Shown here in pieces: positions 17,950 through 31,427 of a stretch of DNA of 64,000 bases. This DNA is from a virus. Taxonomy: Duplodnaviria > Heunggongvirae > Uroviricota > Caudoviricetes. The notes under the pieces are model-generated. The model worked only from the letters and a program-made list of their open reading frames with translations, did no database searches and was not told the DNA's origin. How positions within the stretch are numbered: position 1 is the stretch's first letter; every line of letters begins with the position of its first letter. Position numbers and translations under genes: made by a program. The stretch lies in the IMG/VR virus record IMGVR_UViG_3300024999_000035, positions 64,001 through 128,000 of that record, one strand, 5' to 3'.

Positions 17950-18633
17950 TTATAACATCACAATATCATTATAAATCAACCTATGTTTCTCATCAATCCA
18001 TCTGTCCTCGTGATAGTGTCCAAAATACCATTTCTTATAATCTAATTTCTCTTCTAATACCTCAAAATACTTGTTAATTGATGTTAAACTCTTTACCCAT
18101 AGTCCTGCCATCAACTTCTCGAAAATACTCTGAGAACAATCGTGTGAAATCACATAATCCACTTGAAAATTATGCTTTTCTAGATTATCTAATCCTTCTT
18201 CATATTCAGCATTTGATGGCATTTCTCGTTTCCACCATGATTTACCTTCTACTCTGTGTTGCTTATCAATTGAATCGGCTCCACCAAAAGTAAATATCTT
18301 CTTTCCATTAATATTAAAAATTTGACCACGCATTAAATGCATTACACTATCATTAATAAAATGTACTTTTCCACCATTCCATATTGAGACTGGAAGAGAA
18401 TCTAACATGTCATGATTCGAGTGATTACCATCACAAAAAATTGTCGTATATTTTTTATCATTTAACCACTTTAACCAATATTTTTCTTCTTTCGAATTAT
18501 CCCATACCAATCCAAAATCTCCACAAATTATCATATAATCTTCTTTAGATAATTCCTTTTGTAATGGAAAGTTTGTCATATTAAATCTTGACATTCCCAT
18601 ACTCCCATGAGTGTCGCCTGTGCAGAAAATCAT
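17950..18633 (-). CDS. Calcineurin-like metallophosphoesterase (second)
   Basis: GDTHG, CGDFG, DGNHSN, GGADSID, SHDC, FGHYH. Confidence 0.9.
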   Translation of the reverse strand: MIFCTGDTHGSMGMSRFNMTNFPLQKELSKEDYMIICGDFGLVWDNSKEEKYWLKWLNDKKYTTIFCDGNHSNHDMLDSLPVSIWNGGKVHFINDSVMHLMRGQIFNINGKKIFTFGGADSIDKQHRVEGKSWWKREMPSNAEYEEGLDNLEKHNFQVDYVISHDCSQSIFEKLMAGLWVKSLTSINKYFEVLEEKLDYKKWYFGHYHEDRWIDEKHRLIYNDIVML

Positions 18634-18649
18634 TTTACTTCCACCTCTT

Positions 18650-21316
18650 TATTTATTGAATGCAATTGATGTGACTTTTAAAATATTGTAATAACATACA
18701 ACCTTTCAAAAATTATTTATTAATAACCATATATTTCACTATTATCATCCAGTTACTTTTAGCATTTCTCCTAATAAACTCATAATCTTTTGTGTAAATT
18801 CATTATCATCTTCATGATCCATTCATTTATTATCAACAATCAATACTAAATCTTCCTCTAATGCTCCCTCTCCATCATTTCCACTACGTTTCACGATATC
18901 AAGTTGCCCAATATCCAATATTTGCACTCCAATAGATTCTCATACCACCTTTATTACCAGTATGAGCAGACCAAAAATCAACATGCTGTTTTAAGTAATT
19001 CTGCTTTAAATGGGCAATCTAAACAAGTAAACTTACTATTTTCTAGATTACAAACAGCGTATGCCATTAAAATATTTACGGCTTCTTCTCTGTTCATTTT
19101 ATACGACTCCTTTCTAGTAAAATAAATTCAAAGTTTTAACGCAAGTATCCTACATATAGAATTCTAATCAAATAATAAAAATATTCAGTTGTTGTAAATC
19201 CTTCTTCCTCAATACCACTATCTATTAATTTAATATATACTTGACTCTCTTCAAGAGCATCATCAATAATAACTTTAACACCATACCACTTAAATTCATC
19301 TTTATCCCAATAATACGGATTGTCAATATTAATTTCATCTCTTCTAATTCTAACTTCTTTAATACTTGATACTGAATTTCCATTATTTATAAAAGTTATT
19401 CTTCCTGATAATGGTAATCTTCCTATATTGAATTTTGGTTCTATTGTTTTATCTTTTAACAATTCTACCCCTCCTTACCTCATCAGTCTATAATATATTC
19501 TTCAATATATAGACTATCTCTTTGTCTTGGAATTTCTTCTACAATTTCATCAAATCTTTTTTGTGCTTGTGCTCTAGTTGCAAATACACCACAAAATTCA
19601 TAGTCAGTATAACTATTCATTTCTAGTAAAACAAATACCGTCATAAGATTCTCATTCCTTTTCCCTCTAAATCTTAGTTTGATCGTATTAAATTTGAAAA
19701 ACCTTATAATCTTTGGGAAATATAACTGGTTCTAAAATACAATAAATATCTTGTTTTTGTTTATTTTTAATCTTATATGCATTTATTGATTTATCATAAC
19801 AATCTTCGCTTTTATAAAATATAGAATCTGGTTCTTCTTCGATTACAAAATTATCATACATTTTTAATTGTTCAAATGTCATTTATATTCTTTCAACTCC
19901 TTTTAATAATTTGGAAAATTATATAAATCTAAAATTTTCCGCATCAATTCATTGCCAAAAATTGTAGGATATAATAATTTTCCATCTCCAAAATCCACTG
20001 TAATTAAAGGATAATTATCTTTACCTAAATAATAAATATAATTATTATTATAAAATTCAATATTAATTACTTCGTATTCAAGAATACATTCACCATAAAT
20101 ATAACAAGTGTTTAATGCATTAAAATAAGCATTCTCGATGCCATTTATATTATATTTTTCCCAATTGGCAAGACTTTTAAATTTGTTTTTTACTATTGAT
20201 GTTTCTTCACAATCTTTAAATTTAATTTTATCACCAATTTTTACTAATGATTCCATCATTTTTTACCTCCTACCGATCAAATCCTCGTTTTAATCTAAAT
20301 TATTATGTCTATCAATTCTTTCTACATTATATCCAAGTTTAGCATAATGCACCTTAAAATATTCTGCATTATGCCATCCTTGAAAACATATTGATTGTCC
20401 ATCAACTTCTAAAATCCAAGAAAAATGTCCATTAATAATTTTACATATATTCATAAATATTTACCTCTTTCTTCTTTAAATTATGGATTAAAACTAGATT
20501 TTCGAGGGAGTTTACAAATCAAAATATTCGTTCATCAGTTCTTGAATTTTATCTTCTATAATTTCCTTTTCAGATTCTTTATAAGAAACCATATCCATAA
20601 TATTCATTAATTTTAACCTTATATCTTTAATATCCTCTTCATCATATTTATATTCAATAATTCTTGTCTTTTTCATCTTAATTTCCCCCATTTTAAATTT
20701 ACATTTCTAATGTACTGTCCCTCTCTAACCATTCATCCACTTTATTATTCAAAGTTTTAAGACCTTTATCCACACTTAAAACTCCGTAGCAGGATTTAAG
20801 TTTATCAAAAGAACTTTTATTGGCATTCACTAAACAGATGTTCCCCATTAATATGTCGTCAACAGTTCCATATTTTAATAATCCTGCAATTATTTCATCG
20901 TCTGTATTTTTAACTTTAACTAGAAATTTCATATGTTTTCTCCTTCCTTGTCACTTAAAATTACAGAAAAATAATTCACTTTCATAAAATAGTCTACACA
21001 AACTCAAGCCATTCTCTCTTTAATTTAAACCATTCGAATCTATATATTGAAGTGAGATTTATGCTCTACTAAATACAGCTATCTTCTTATTGTTTGTTTC
21101 AAACCAAATACCAGAATATTCAATACCGTCTGCACTAATATACATTGCTTTACCATCAGGATTAAATGCAAACTTATCTTTCCAACCATACCCAGTCAAC
21201 ATACAATAATTTTTATCAAATGTTTCTGCTTCTCCAGAATCAAGTGTTAAAAAATGTTTCCAAGTATCTTTATTAGTTTGTCTTTCAACGCTAATATAGT
21301 ATTCATGTCGTAACAT
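18650..21316 (-). other. Cluster of small hypothetical ORFs (19136-19462, 19688-19882, 19903-20259, 20699-20932, 21059-21316), plus a probably broken gene near 18750-18990
   Basis: Short RBS-led ORFs; in-frame TGA at 18823-18825. Confidence 0.55.
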
Positions 21317-21476
21317 ATTTTACCTCCAATTAAATTTACTTTATTAAAGTATCATTAAACCATTCATGGCACGGAAAAATTGGTTTACCATAATCTTTAC
21401 AATTAGCCCATAAACAATTATTACAAGACCTTTTCAATTAAAAATCTCCTCTCTATAAATCCACATATTTCTGAGA

Positions 21477-21677
21477 CTACTCATTCTCTAAATCAATAAC
21501 TTTTTGAATAACCATTTTTAACGCATCTCTTTTTGCTTCAAGTCTTTTCTTTTCTAATCTAGTTTCTTCAAAATTATCATGTGATTCATAAGTATCTGCT
21601 AGTTGAGACATTGCGGTCAATCATCTTTCTAACAATTCCTTTAATTCAGTCAACACACAAAGACTATTATTTGCCAT
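21477..21677 (-). pseudogene. Small coiled-coil gene with an in-frame TGA at 21621-21623
   Basis: MANNSLCVLTELKELLER*LTAMSQLADTYES...DLENE* by hand translation. Confidence 0.55.
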
Positions 21678-21693
21678 AATCTTATCCCTTTTT

Positions 21694-22161
21694 CTAACTA
21701 ACCTCTAACCACTCAGGCACACTACCCTTATACTTCAATATATCCTTCTTCTCACCCACATAATAACCCCTATATGCCTTCACAGCATCATCATTCCTGT
21801 ATTCTAAAGGCATTGCTAAAGCAAATGGGGTTAAACCCTTATCAATTAAATCTGGAGCGTCTAAAGCCAATATAACATCTCCAGACTTATGATCTTTATT
21901 ACCATATCTATTACGATATTCATCATATAATGCTAATCCTAAATCTCTTAACCATAACCAATTAGATAAACTTTGTCTTACCCATAAGGTGCATGGGTGG
22001 TTTTTGTGTGCTAATTTATAAGGTGATTTATGAGATTCATTAGTATAATAATATGCAGAGCATAACATTTGCGTTGCCTCAATCAGCATTTTATTCACAT
22101 GAATATTGGCATGATATTCAGCACACTTTTTGATGTCTAAATCTAATACAAATATGTTCAT
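21694..22161 (-). CDS. Pyrimidine-dimer DNA glycosylase / endonuclease V-like protein
   Basis: MNIFVLD...HVNKMLIEATQMLC...YKLAHKNHPCTLWVR...EYRNRYG. Confidence 0.88.
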   Translation of the reverse strand: MNIFVLDLDIKKCAEYHANIHVNKMLIEATQMLCSAYYYTNESHKSPYKLAHKNHPCTLWVRQSLSNWLWLRDLGLALYDEYRNRYGNKDHKSGDVILALDAPDLIDKGLTPFALAMPLEYRNDDAVKAYRGYYVGEKKDILKYKGSVPEWLEVS

Positions 22162-22440
22162 ATGTAGTTCCTCCTTTGGGATATAAACCTAATATAATTA
22201 TTTTAGCATAATTATATGTAGAATACAATTAACTTTACCCTTACGGACTCCACAAATATCCATTATCATCTTCTATTTTTATTTCAATAAATCCTGCATC
22301 ATCTGCATCATCCCATGAATTTAAAGCATCTTGAACGTATTTTTCTACTTCAAATTGAGTATATTTTTATTGTATATTTCATTTCCATCCAAATATCCTA
22401 TTACTCTCATTTTAAACACCCTTCCCTAAAATAAATAATT

Positions 22441-23247
22441 TTAAATGTTTTCTATCATATCTCTAACCTTATCAATTTGCTCTTTTGCCATAATACGTCC
22501 ACCAGTATTGAGCATAATAAAATATCTGAGAATTTGTTCTCTGGTTAAATTATGAAGCTCAGCTTCCATGACAGGATAATTTTTAAAATGATTTCTATCC
22601 CTATGTGATAGTTCGCTAAATAGTTTTCCTTTATAAGCAAACCTATCTTCAAAGAAATCTAGAATTGCTCTTAGTCTTTGTTTTCCATCTACAATCTCAT
22701 AACCGAAACATGTTTCTGCCCATTTTTGATCATCATAATGTAAGAATGTAAACTTTCCTATATCTACATTGCTGAAAATTGAATCAATTAGAGAAACCTT
22801 ATCCTCTAAATCCCAAACAAATTCACGTTGATATTCTGGTTCAAAATTAATTCCAAAATGATATGCTTTACTAAATATATCACTCATATTACTTTGAAAA
22901 TAATTTAGTTTAATATCTGTATTTTTAACTATTGAGTCATCTTGGTGTTCTTTAAATTTTCTAATGTTAAACCAAAATATATATCTTTTTTGATTCAAAT
23001 TAGTAATAGGATTGCCATAGTTATTGTCGACAGAAGTATAATCAATCTCATATATTTTCCCATCGTTAAGAACATCAAACACATAAACATCTTTCAGATT
23101 GCCTATTTCAACCCTATCTCCTACATTGAATTTGTATGTAGGTTCTGGTATCAAATGAAGCCTTTCTACAAGTTGTTTTAGTTCAAATTGTTTTTGATGT
23201 TTTGCTTGTTCTTCAGGAGTTTGTTTTGGGATTTTTGGTTTTGCCAT
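22441..23247 (-). CDS. DUF262 (ParB/Srx-fold, GmrS-like) domain protein
   Basis: PEYQREFVW...LIDSI...IVDGKQRL...FIMLNTGG. Confidence 0.88.
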   Translation of the reverse strand: MAKPKIPKQTPEEQAKHQKQFELKQLVERLHLIPEPTYKFNVGDRVEIGNLKDVYVFDVLNDGKIYEIDYTSVDNNYGNPITNLNQKRYIFWFNIRKFKEHQDDSIVKNTDIKLNYFQSNMSDIFSKAYHFGINFEPEYQREFVWDLEDKVSLIDSIFSNVDIGKFTFLHYDDQKWAETCFGYEIVDGKQRLRAILDFFEDRFAYKGKLFSELSHRDRNHFKNYPVMEAELHNLTREQILRYFIMLNTGGRIMAKEQIDKVRDMIENI

Positions 23248-24268
23248 TTATATAACCTTCTTTCTTAAATACATCGAATCTTAATTTTCCTCAGCATATT
23301 TATTATCTTTCCAATATTCACTATATCCTTTTGCAATCATGTATTGCCTGTATTCAAATTTATCATTCTCTGCAAGTTGAAAATCAGGTTCATCAAAATC
23401 ATCGGGATACATAATTACCGTATCTTCAACTTCTATCTTGTCATCATCGTTGCCCCAACTTGTTTCAAAACTAACTTCAATTTCATTCTCATTAATTCTA
23501 CGTTCAATATGAGTAATTTTATTCACATTAAAAATATCTTTCCATAAGAATTCTATTTCTTCATCTGTCATTTCAGTAATTGATTTATATTTCATGGGTT
23601 TGCTCCTTTCTTTAACCTTTAAAATTCGTCATTTATAGTAAACTAATCTTGCTTTTTCTAAGTATTCATCAAATTGATCTTCTGAAATATTTCTCGAAAC
23701 AAACATTGCTGAAACATATCCTCGAAAGAAATAATAATTATCTGGACTTGGGTGATTAATAAACTCATTAAAATAATCTTCAATTTTATCCTCAAAAGTT
23801 TTCAAATTTTAACCTCCTGTATTTACGAATTAAATTACTTCTTCAAAGACATCACAATGGATGCCTATCTGAAAATGTATCCATCCAACTCTTCAATATT
23901 TCCCTTGCCTCAACTTTTGACAAATCAGAAAACTCTTCCATTAAATAAGGTGTTGCTCCAAACATATTGGTTACACCACTTTCTCTCAAATTATCAAGAA
24001 AATCATAATACTTTTCATTAGTATCCATTTTTATTCTCTTTCTCCTTCTAAAATCTCATAAGTAACTTCATCAGATTTACAAATAACTTCACTAGTTTCA
24101 CTAAATAATAATTCTCTATCTTCTTGATTGACATCAATCTCTGCCATTTGTTCAATGGTTGAACCGATTGGATAATAATCTGGTACGGGGATATATTCAA
24201 CAATAGTAGTTCTAATTAATCTAATTTTCTTCATTAATAATTCCACCTCTCAAATTTCCTCTTACCCT

Positions 24269-24298
24269 ATTCTACCATATCCCAGAGCAATAAGTCAA
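24269..24298 (-). promoter_or_regulatory. sigmaA promoter
   Basis: TTGACT-18-TAGAAT with extended TG. Confidence 0.6.
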
Positions 24299-25011
24299 CA
24301 ACTTTACAAAATTTTATTTTTTACTTCATAATTACATTTGGAACAGTTCTCTTTCCATATCCCTTAATCACATATCCATTATCTTCACAAAACTTCTCTG
24401 CCGATTGATAAGTGGAAAAAGCATCCAACCATTTATCTGTTTCATAAATAATTACTGCCCAGACATATTCTGATTTTTTAAGCTCATTGGTGTGAATTAT
24501 TTCTACTACTATCTTCCCCAATATTCTCCTTCTCCTTTCTCCATCCAACATACTCCTATTCTTAGTTATATTAATAAATTCAACGTCTATAATTTTATCC
24601 AACTTACTTTTTGATAATTGATGTTTTGTTGAGTTACAAATATCATTACTTCTTTCCTTGGATCTAAACAATATTGTAAAATTTTCTTCATTATTGATTT
24701 CACTCCTCTTTTTATACCTATAAATCCATTCTTTGAATTGATTATTTTGCCCATGAATCATTTTCAGAAGGAATATATTCTTCAATATAAACAGTAATAT
24801 AATCTTCTCCATGAAAAATATCATAATCAATATGTGTATGTCTGACAATATAAATCTGAGTATTATTAGGTACTCTTAATGTCATTCCAACACTAGGAAT
24901 TAATGTTCTTTCTACTTTCCCCAATCCAAAATGTGTCACACTATGAACAAAATTGATCTCTTTAAACATTTCTTATCCTCCTTTTAATTACAACCAATGC
25001 AAGACTTTAAG

Positions 25012-25347
25012 TTATTTTAAATATTCTTGCTTCATTCCATCTCGCTTTAAGTCCCAATCTGGATTTTTCTCTAGAATTTCCATCATCATTAAAACATGAC
25101 CAACAAACACAGTTTGAGTTCTGCCGACTTTCTCTAATTGTTCTTTAAGTGCTTCCCATTTTGACAATATCTCTACTCTAGTATTCCACTTACCAATAGC
25201 ATCATCTTCTGTTTTTCCATTGTGTTTATCCACCCATGATCCTTCAGTTTCACATGATTGACAACTTACCCACATAGAACCCCACTTGCCTTCGTCATTA
25301 AGTTCACCTTTACCACCACAAAATGGACATGGTTTAATTTCTTTCAT
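25012..25347 (-). CDS. Lar-family restriction alleviation zinc-finger protein
   Basis: KPCPFCGG...VSCQSC...AIGKWNTR; start refined to the ATG at 25347 after AGGAG. Confidence 0.8.
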   Translation of the reverse strand: MKEIKPCPFCGGKGELNDEGKWGSMWVSCQSCETEGSWVDKHNGKTEDDAIGKWNTRVEILSKWEALKEQLEKVGRTQTVFVGHVLMMMEILEKNPDWDLKRDGMKQEYLK

Positions 25348-26971
25348 AATAAAACACACTCCTTTTATAATACTTCCGTAATATCTTTAGATTCATTTTC
25401 CCAACTAGATAAAGGTCTAATAATAAATCCATATTTATCTGCCAACTCAATTTCTAACATATTGCCTGTTTCACTAACATTATAACGACTAAAAGTATTT
25501 TTATCTAAACCTAATTCTACTGCAATTCTGTTGGCATCTGCCATAGATTTTGCTTTACAAACTATTCTAAATTGCCATCTTGAATTCATTCCCCATATTT
25601 CCCTTGCTTTTGGCAAATGCTTATTTAAAGTAGTTCCATAATATTTATCTTTTTTCATTGCTCTTCCTCCTTCAATATACTAATATAAAAACATCAACTT
25701 ATCGTATTTTACTATTTTCATAAAATTTCTTTACTGCATCTTTCTTTAATTCATTTCGCCATCCTTCACAATTTTCATATTCACAATTACAAGGAAAGAC
25801 TTCATAATAATCATGAAATTCTTCAAGAGTACATTCGTTGGACTCCATGCATTTACTAATAAACTCTGCTTCACTAATTTTCATGTACACACTCCTTCTT
25901 TCTTAATTCCATCCAACCATTTACCTAATCTACTTTCTCTGACGGATAAAACACATTCGCATTTTCTTAATTTGCTAACATTTTTTTAATCCATAATGAT
26001 ACTACAAACATTAATTAGCTTTGATGAATAGTCTACTGTACCAAAATCTAGTAAAGTTAAAGTTGTTTCATCGCTAGTGTCTATGACTTTTACAATATAT
26101 TTCTTATCCATTCTGTATAATCTATCTCCTTTCTTCTCACTGATGACCAATTCTATAATATATACCAAACATTATAATTTCAGATACAGTAAGTTCAAAT
26201 AATTTCTTTCTTCCAAAGCTTGGTCTGAAAGGGATATTATTAAATATTAAAAACTCTTTTAATTGTATTGCCGAATAGTCTTTGAATATTTCAATTAATT
26301 CTTGTTCGGACATATTCATCAACTCAATTGTCTTTAACATATGTACTCACTCCTTTAATTTTTAACTCATAATATAAAAGCAACATTTTGTGCTAATTTA
26401 AAACTCTTCTAGATCACAATTTTCTGGTATTTCTAATTCATGCAATGAAAGACCGTCTCCGCTACCAATTTTAAAATTAAATTTTTTGCACCATATATCC
26501 CAATTTTGATTCCCTCTATTCCACTCTGTTTCATGATAAGGACACTCATAACAACAATCAACTTTAATAATCTTCATAAATATTCTCCTCTCATTATAGA
26601 TTAAAAATATAATTTGTTTGGGTTATTTATCTTCATATTCAATCAATATTTTTATCTTTTCTCCCTGTCCTACAATCCTAGAATAATAATCAAGTTTACC
26701 ATTTCTAATTCTCCAATCATGAATGTGGTCTTCTAAGAATACTCCTTTAAGATGTTGTAGATAAATATCATCCAAAGTTTCAACTGATTTACCCGTCATA
26801 GGATTAAATTTACATGAATCCCACATTGTCTTTTCATCATATAGCGTCCACAATCTAATAATCTTTATTGAATTAAGATCAATATACGGACTTAAATCTA
26901 TTTGATAATCAGTTATAATATCAATTATCTTTCGCATATGTATTACCTCCTTCGTTTAACTCCATATATAC

Positions 26972-27007
26972 ATTATAAACCATCCTGCAAGAGATTACAA
27001 GATGGTT
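26972..27007 (-). promoter_or_regulatory. sigmaA promoter overlapped by an inverted-repeat operator
   Basis: TTGTAA-17-TATAAT; IR AACCATCCTGCAA-N4-TTACAAGATGGTT. Confidence 0.7.
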
Positions 27008-27939
27008 AGAATAATTATTTATGTATTTATAGCATCAATTTTGTCTTTTAATTGTGCAAATCGAAATAATGTAAATACTATTCACACTTTTCTACTAAAA
27101 CCCATTCTGCCTTATGATCCTTATAACGATTAGGTACAAATTGCAAAACTCTAAATCCATGTTTGTTAAATTCTATTAATGCCAAGTATCTCTCGGATGA
27201 ATACATAGTTTGGGTATCTTCTTCCCAATAAGCGTTTTCATCCTTTAAAATTTCATCATATGGCATTATAAATTGTAAAATCATCATATCTTGTTCAATC
27301 ATTTTATTTTCCTTCTTCCTATTAGTTTATATATACTTTTAAACATTTCCCATCAATTCAATTATATCTTCAGTATAACCATCTTCAAACTCATATTTAC
27401 AATTATGAACATATTCATATTCTCCATTTTCATCAGCTCAACCATCACTAGATTCATATAAAGGACATTCTGTACAAATATTATTATATTTTTTACACAT
27501 ATTATCTCTAAATGCATACCATTCTTTAATTAAATTTATTTTATCTTGCTTTGTCATTATATTTAAACCTCCTCATCTAAAAAATCTAAAAATGATTTAT
27601 ATTTCCACCATATTTTTATACCAAACATAGGAAATGGAATAATATAAACAGCTTCATTTTTAGTATCAACAAATACCCCAACCCATAAATCGTACCATCT
27701 AAAAAATGGTTTAACTTTTAATTTTCTGCCTTTAAGATGCTCTTTATAATAATTATAAAACATTTCAGGAAAAAATTGTTGTTTATAATCACAATGTTTA
27801 CAATATGTATGCAAAACATTATTTTCATCAATATATTCTAAATCTAAATTTCCACATCCCTTACCACATGTCATAGGATGCACAGGAGCTTTATTTTGCC
27901 AATATTCAAATGCTTTTTTGTATTTTCTTTTCCAAAACA

Positions 27940-28362
27940 TTATTTATCTTCTCCTTTCAACAAATCTAAATCCTCATACTTATTACCAATAACTTGAAAA
28001 TTGTACATCTCATCTAATTTAATATATTTTGTGCGCAAACATTTAGGAACATTATTGATCAATACTGCATAAAATGCACAATCAATAAATTCAACTACAT
28101 AACAATCACCCTCCCATCCAACTTCCTCAATAATATCGCCTTCATACACTTCATTTTGCTTATCACTTTTATCTTTTAGGCCTGAATACTGCATCATTTC
28201 AATAGCATCGTAATTCATAGTTGTTAAATATCTTTTTTCTTGATTCTGTGCATTTAAAGCTCCCTCAATATACCTCTCTCCTATTGTGAATGGGATAAAA
28301 CCATCGAAATATATCATACTTTTATTTAATGGTTCCCATGCTCTAAATTTAATTTCTCTCAT
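27940..28362 (-). CDS. YopX-family protein
   Basis: MREIKFRAW...MQYSGLKDK...VYEGDII...VIGNKYE. Confidence 0.9.
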   Translation of the reverse strand: MREIKFRAWEPLNKSMIYFDGFIPFTIGERYIEGALNAQNQEKRYLTTMNYDAIEMMQYSGLKDKSDKQNEVYEGDIIEEVGWEGDCYVVEFIDCAFYAVLINNVPKCLRTKYIKLDEMYNFQVIGNKYEDLDLLKGEDK

Positions 28363-30653
28363 TTGTAATCATCCTCACTTTATTATTAAATCCTATTAAC
28401 ATTTTAAGGAATTTAAATTACACCAATCAATTTTAGTTCTTTTAAAGTGTCTTCTTCCTTAACATTTTCACTAAGCTCACAAGGAAGAAAATGACTAGAT
28501 TTATAAAAATACAAGTATTTCTTACTTGGTATTAACATCATATCTAAAAAATTACCCATGTATTTTTCCCAAATAGTATCCATAAATGTTAATTTAAATC
28601 CTATATTTTTTAAACCTTCTTTTTGATTATCAGTAAAATCTTTTTTATCTCCAAATAAACCATATGTATCAATAGTTTTTAATGTATAATTTCTCATTAT
28701 TATTTCTCCTCTTATTTACTTTCAATTATCTCTAATGAATCATCGTCTAATTCATTATTTACTATAAAATTATTAGCAGAATCTAATGTATCAAAATAAT
28801 ACGATTCCCAAGTTGCACCATTATCACGTACCCAAACTATATATTGTTTCATAGTTGCCACCTCGCCTCCTCTGTATGCTTTAAAACTTAACTTTATATG
28901 GTATTGTTTATTTATATAAATCATTTGAATCTTTTTATACATCTTAAAAATGGTTTTTTAATTTTAATATTTCCAACTATCAATTCATCATCTGTTTCTA
29001 GATAATTTGCTAAACAACAAGAATAATTATCATCGTCCTCGCCATCTTCGTCCATATAATCTAATGTGTTAATTTCATGTAAGAATTTTTTATCTTTAAA
29101 TACTTCAATTTTTTCTCCAAATCCATACTTATATATCTCTATGGTTACTGTTCCAATATTTGAATCTGCCTTAAATATTCCATATCTTTTATTATCTCTT
29201 AAATATACTCCCATCTCTATAATCACCTCCTTTATGATTTGCTTCGAAACATACATTTTAAACTATTCTGACAATTCTAACACCCAATATCCATCCTCTA
29301 CATCTTCTAAATCTACTCTATACTGTCTAGGATAAAACTTATCAGCAATTAAACTATACTCATCTTCTTCATTTGGATTTTCTACATATAAAACTTCTTC
29401 TCTATATATACCAATAATACCATCAAAATCAAATAACCAATCTTCATAATCATCTTCTATAATATTTCTGTATTTTGCATGTATTTTTGTACCTACCTTT
29501 AAAATTTCAGGATCAAAAATATTAATAGTAATTACTTTTTCTTTAAACATTATTTATTTAAACCTCCTCATTGATACTAAATATTTATTTTTTATCAATA
29601 ATCATAACCTTAATAACTCTACCATCTTCCTTAAAATAACCATATTTAAACAAATCCCTGACTCCGATGCTCTCCACCACTAAACTTTCATCACCTCTTA
29701 AAATATCTTCTATCTCATCAAATACTACTTTCTCAGATTTATTAGAATAATGTAGCAAAACAAATTCTTCACCAATTGAAACAATATCATAAGAACCATA
29801 TTCTTGACCTACATAAAGATCGGTAATATAAACACAACCATCATCTAATAAAACTCTATAAATATTATTCTTTAATTTTTTATATGCTTTTTTAACTTTT
29901 CGCTTGGCCTGTAAATCTGAACCATCATATTCATAATAAATAAGTCTTAATGGATATAGAATTATATCAAATGTTTTTATAATTATTTTGTCAATTACAT
30001 CTTTAATGTTTTGTTTTCTTGTATAAGTTGATATATTTTTACTCATCTCGCATCCTCCACAACTCTAATTTCATCATCATGCCAATCAACCTTATCAAAT
30101 GGAACAACAATTAATTTCATATGATTTTCTCCATGATATTGTTTATCATTAAAAGCATCTTTACATTTTTCATACTCACTACAATGCCCAAAGCAATCTG
30201 AATCAAAACCTTGTGCCCAGTCATCTCTAAACATATCCCATTTTTCTTTCATGCAATGTACATGATAAATAGTTATACCATTTTTAATAGCTTGCATTTT
30301 GTCCCATTTGATATTTATGTATTTTCTTTTGATTCCTGTCATTAAAGTTCCTCCAAACTCTTTCTTAACAATTCTAATTGCTCCTCTGCTCCTTCAATTT
30401 CCCAAGTTGCCAACATATCTGTCAATGCCTTGATATAACTGATTACACCCTGAATATTAACTATATTAATAATTACTACATTGCCCTCTGGTTTATTATT
30501 TTCAGTAAAACTATTGCAAAAACATATCCCTAAAGATTCTGGATTATCTTTGTGTACGATTTGACTAATTTGAGTGGTATTTTCACCAAGAGTTATGATT
30601 CTGGCTCCATTAGGGTGTTGTTGATCATTATTTTGTCCTCCTTTATAGATAGT

Positions 30654-31409
30654 TTATTTATTCAATCTCTCATTTGAAATTTCTATAGCTCTTTGGTTAA
30701 TATCACAACCTACAAAATCCCTACCTAATTTCTTAGCAACCACAAGTGATGTACCTGAACCACAAAAGAAATCTGCTACAATATCTCCTTTATCACTTCC
30801 TGCAAGTATGATCTTTTCCAACAATGCCTCTGGTTTCTGAGTATCGTATCCTACTCTATTTGTTTTATCATGAGCGTTTATGTATTGAATATCCCAAACA
30901 TCAATTGGATTAGTTAAAACATAATCTCCATTTTCATCATTAAATCTTTCAGTGTATGGATTATAACCTTTAGACTTATTGACATAAGATTTCTCCTTAA
31001 TATTATTATATTTGTATTGCTTAGTTTTCGAGTAAAACAATATATTGTCATGTTTCTTACTAAAAGATGATTTGGATGCACCACCATTTTTATATGACCA
31101 AATAATTTCATTCACAAAATTATTGTAACCGAAGATATCATCCATAATACATCTAATCCAATGAACTATTCTAAAATCCATTTGTAAAAATATTGTACCA
31201 GTATCTTTTAAAACTCTGTGCATTTCTTGTAATCTTGGAATATAGAATTCTTCTATTACTTGTTTAATTGGTTTTAAATCTATGTAATCTTTGAATTTCT
31301 TACCTGTTCCATATAAAATATCACAATATATTAAGTCTATATGATTATTAGGTATTTGCTTCATTAGTTCTAAATTATCTAGGCAGTATGTTTTATTTAA
31401 TTCTAACAT
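30654..31409 (-). CDS. Orphan N6A/N4C DNA methyltransferase (beta-type motif order)
   Basis: DLIYCDILY (motif IV variant), TQKPEALL, DFFCGSGTS (motif I). Confidence 0.9.
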   Translation of the reverse strand: MLELNKTYCLDNLELMKQIPNNHIDLIYCDILYGTGKKFKDYIDLKPIKQVIEEFYIPRLQEMHRVLKDTGTIFLQMDFRIVHWIRCIMDDIFGYNNFVNEIIWSYKNGGASKSSFSKKHDNILFYSKTKQYKYNNIKEKSYVNKSKGYNPYTERFNDENGDYVLTNPIDVWDIQYINAHDKTNRVGYDTQKPEALLEKIILAGSDKGDIVADFFCGSGTSLVVAKKLGRDFVGCDINQRAIEISNERLNK

Positions 31410-31427
31410 TTAATCTCTCCTTTTAAA

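Larger units (their letters stand above)
23281..30342 (-). other. Long run of small hypothetical phage ORFs (e.g. 23281-23595, 24742-24969, 25365-25658, 26623-26937, 27563-27940, 28413-28697, 28921-29256, 29263-29550, 29585-30046, 30043-30342)
   Basis: Tightly packed minus-strand ORFs with AGGAG(G) RBSs. Confidence 0.65.
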
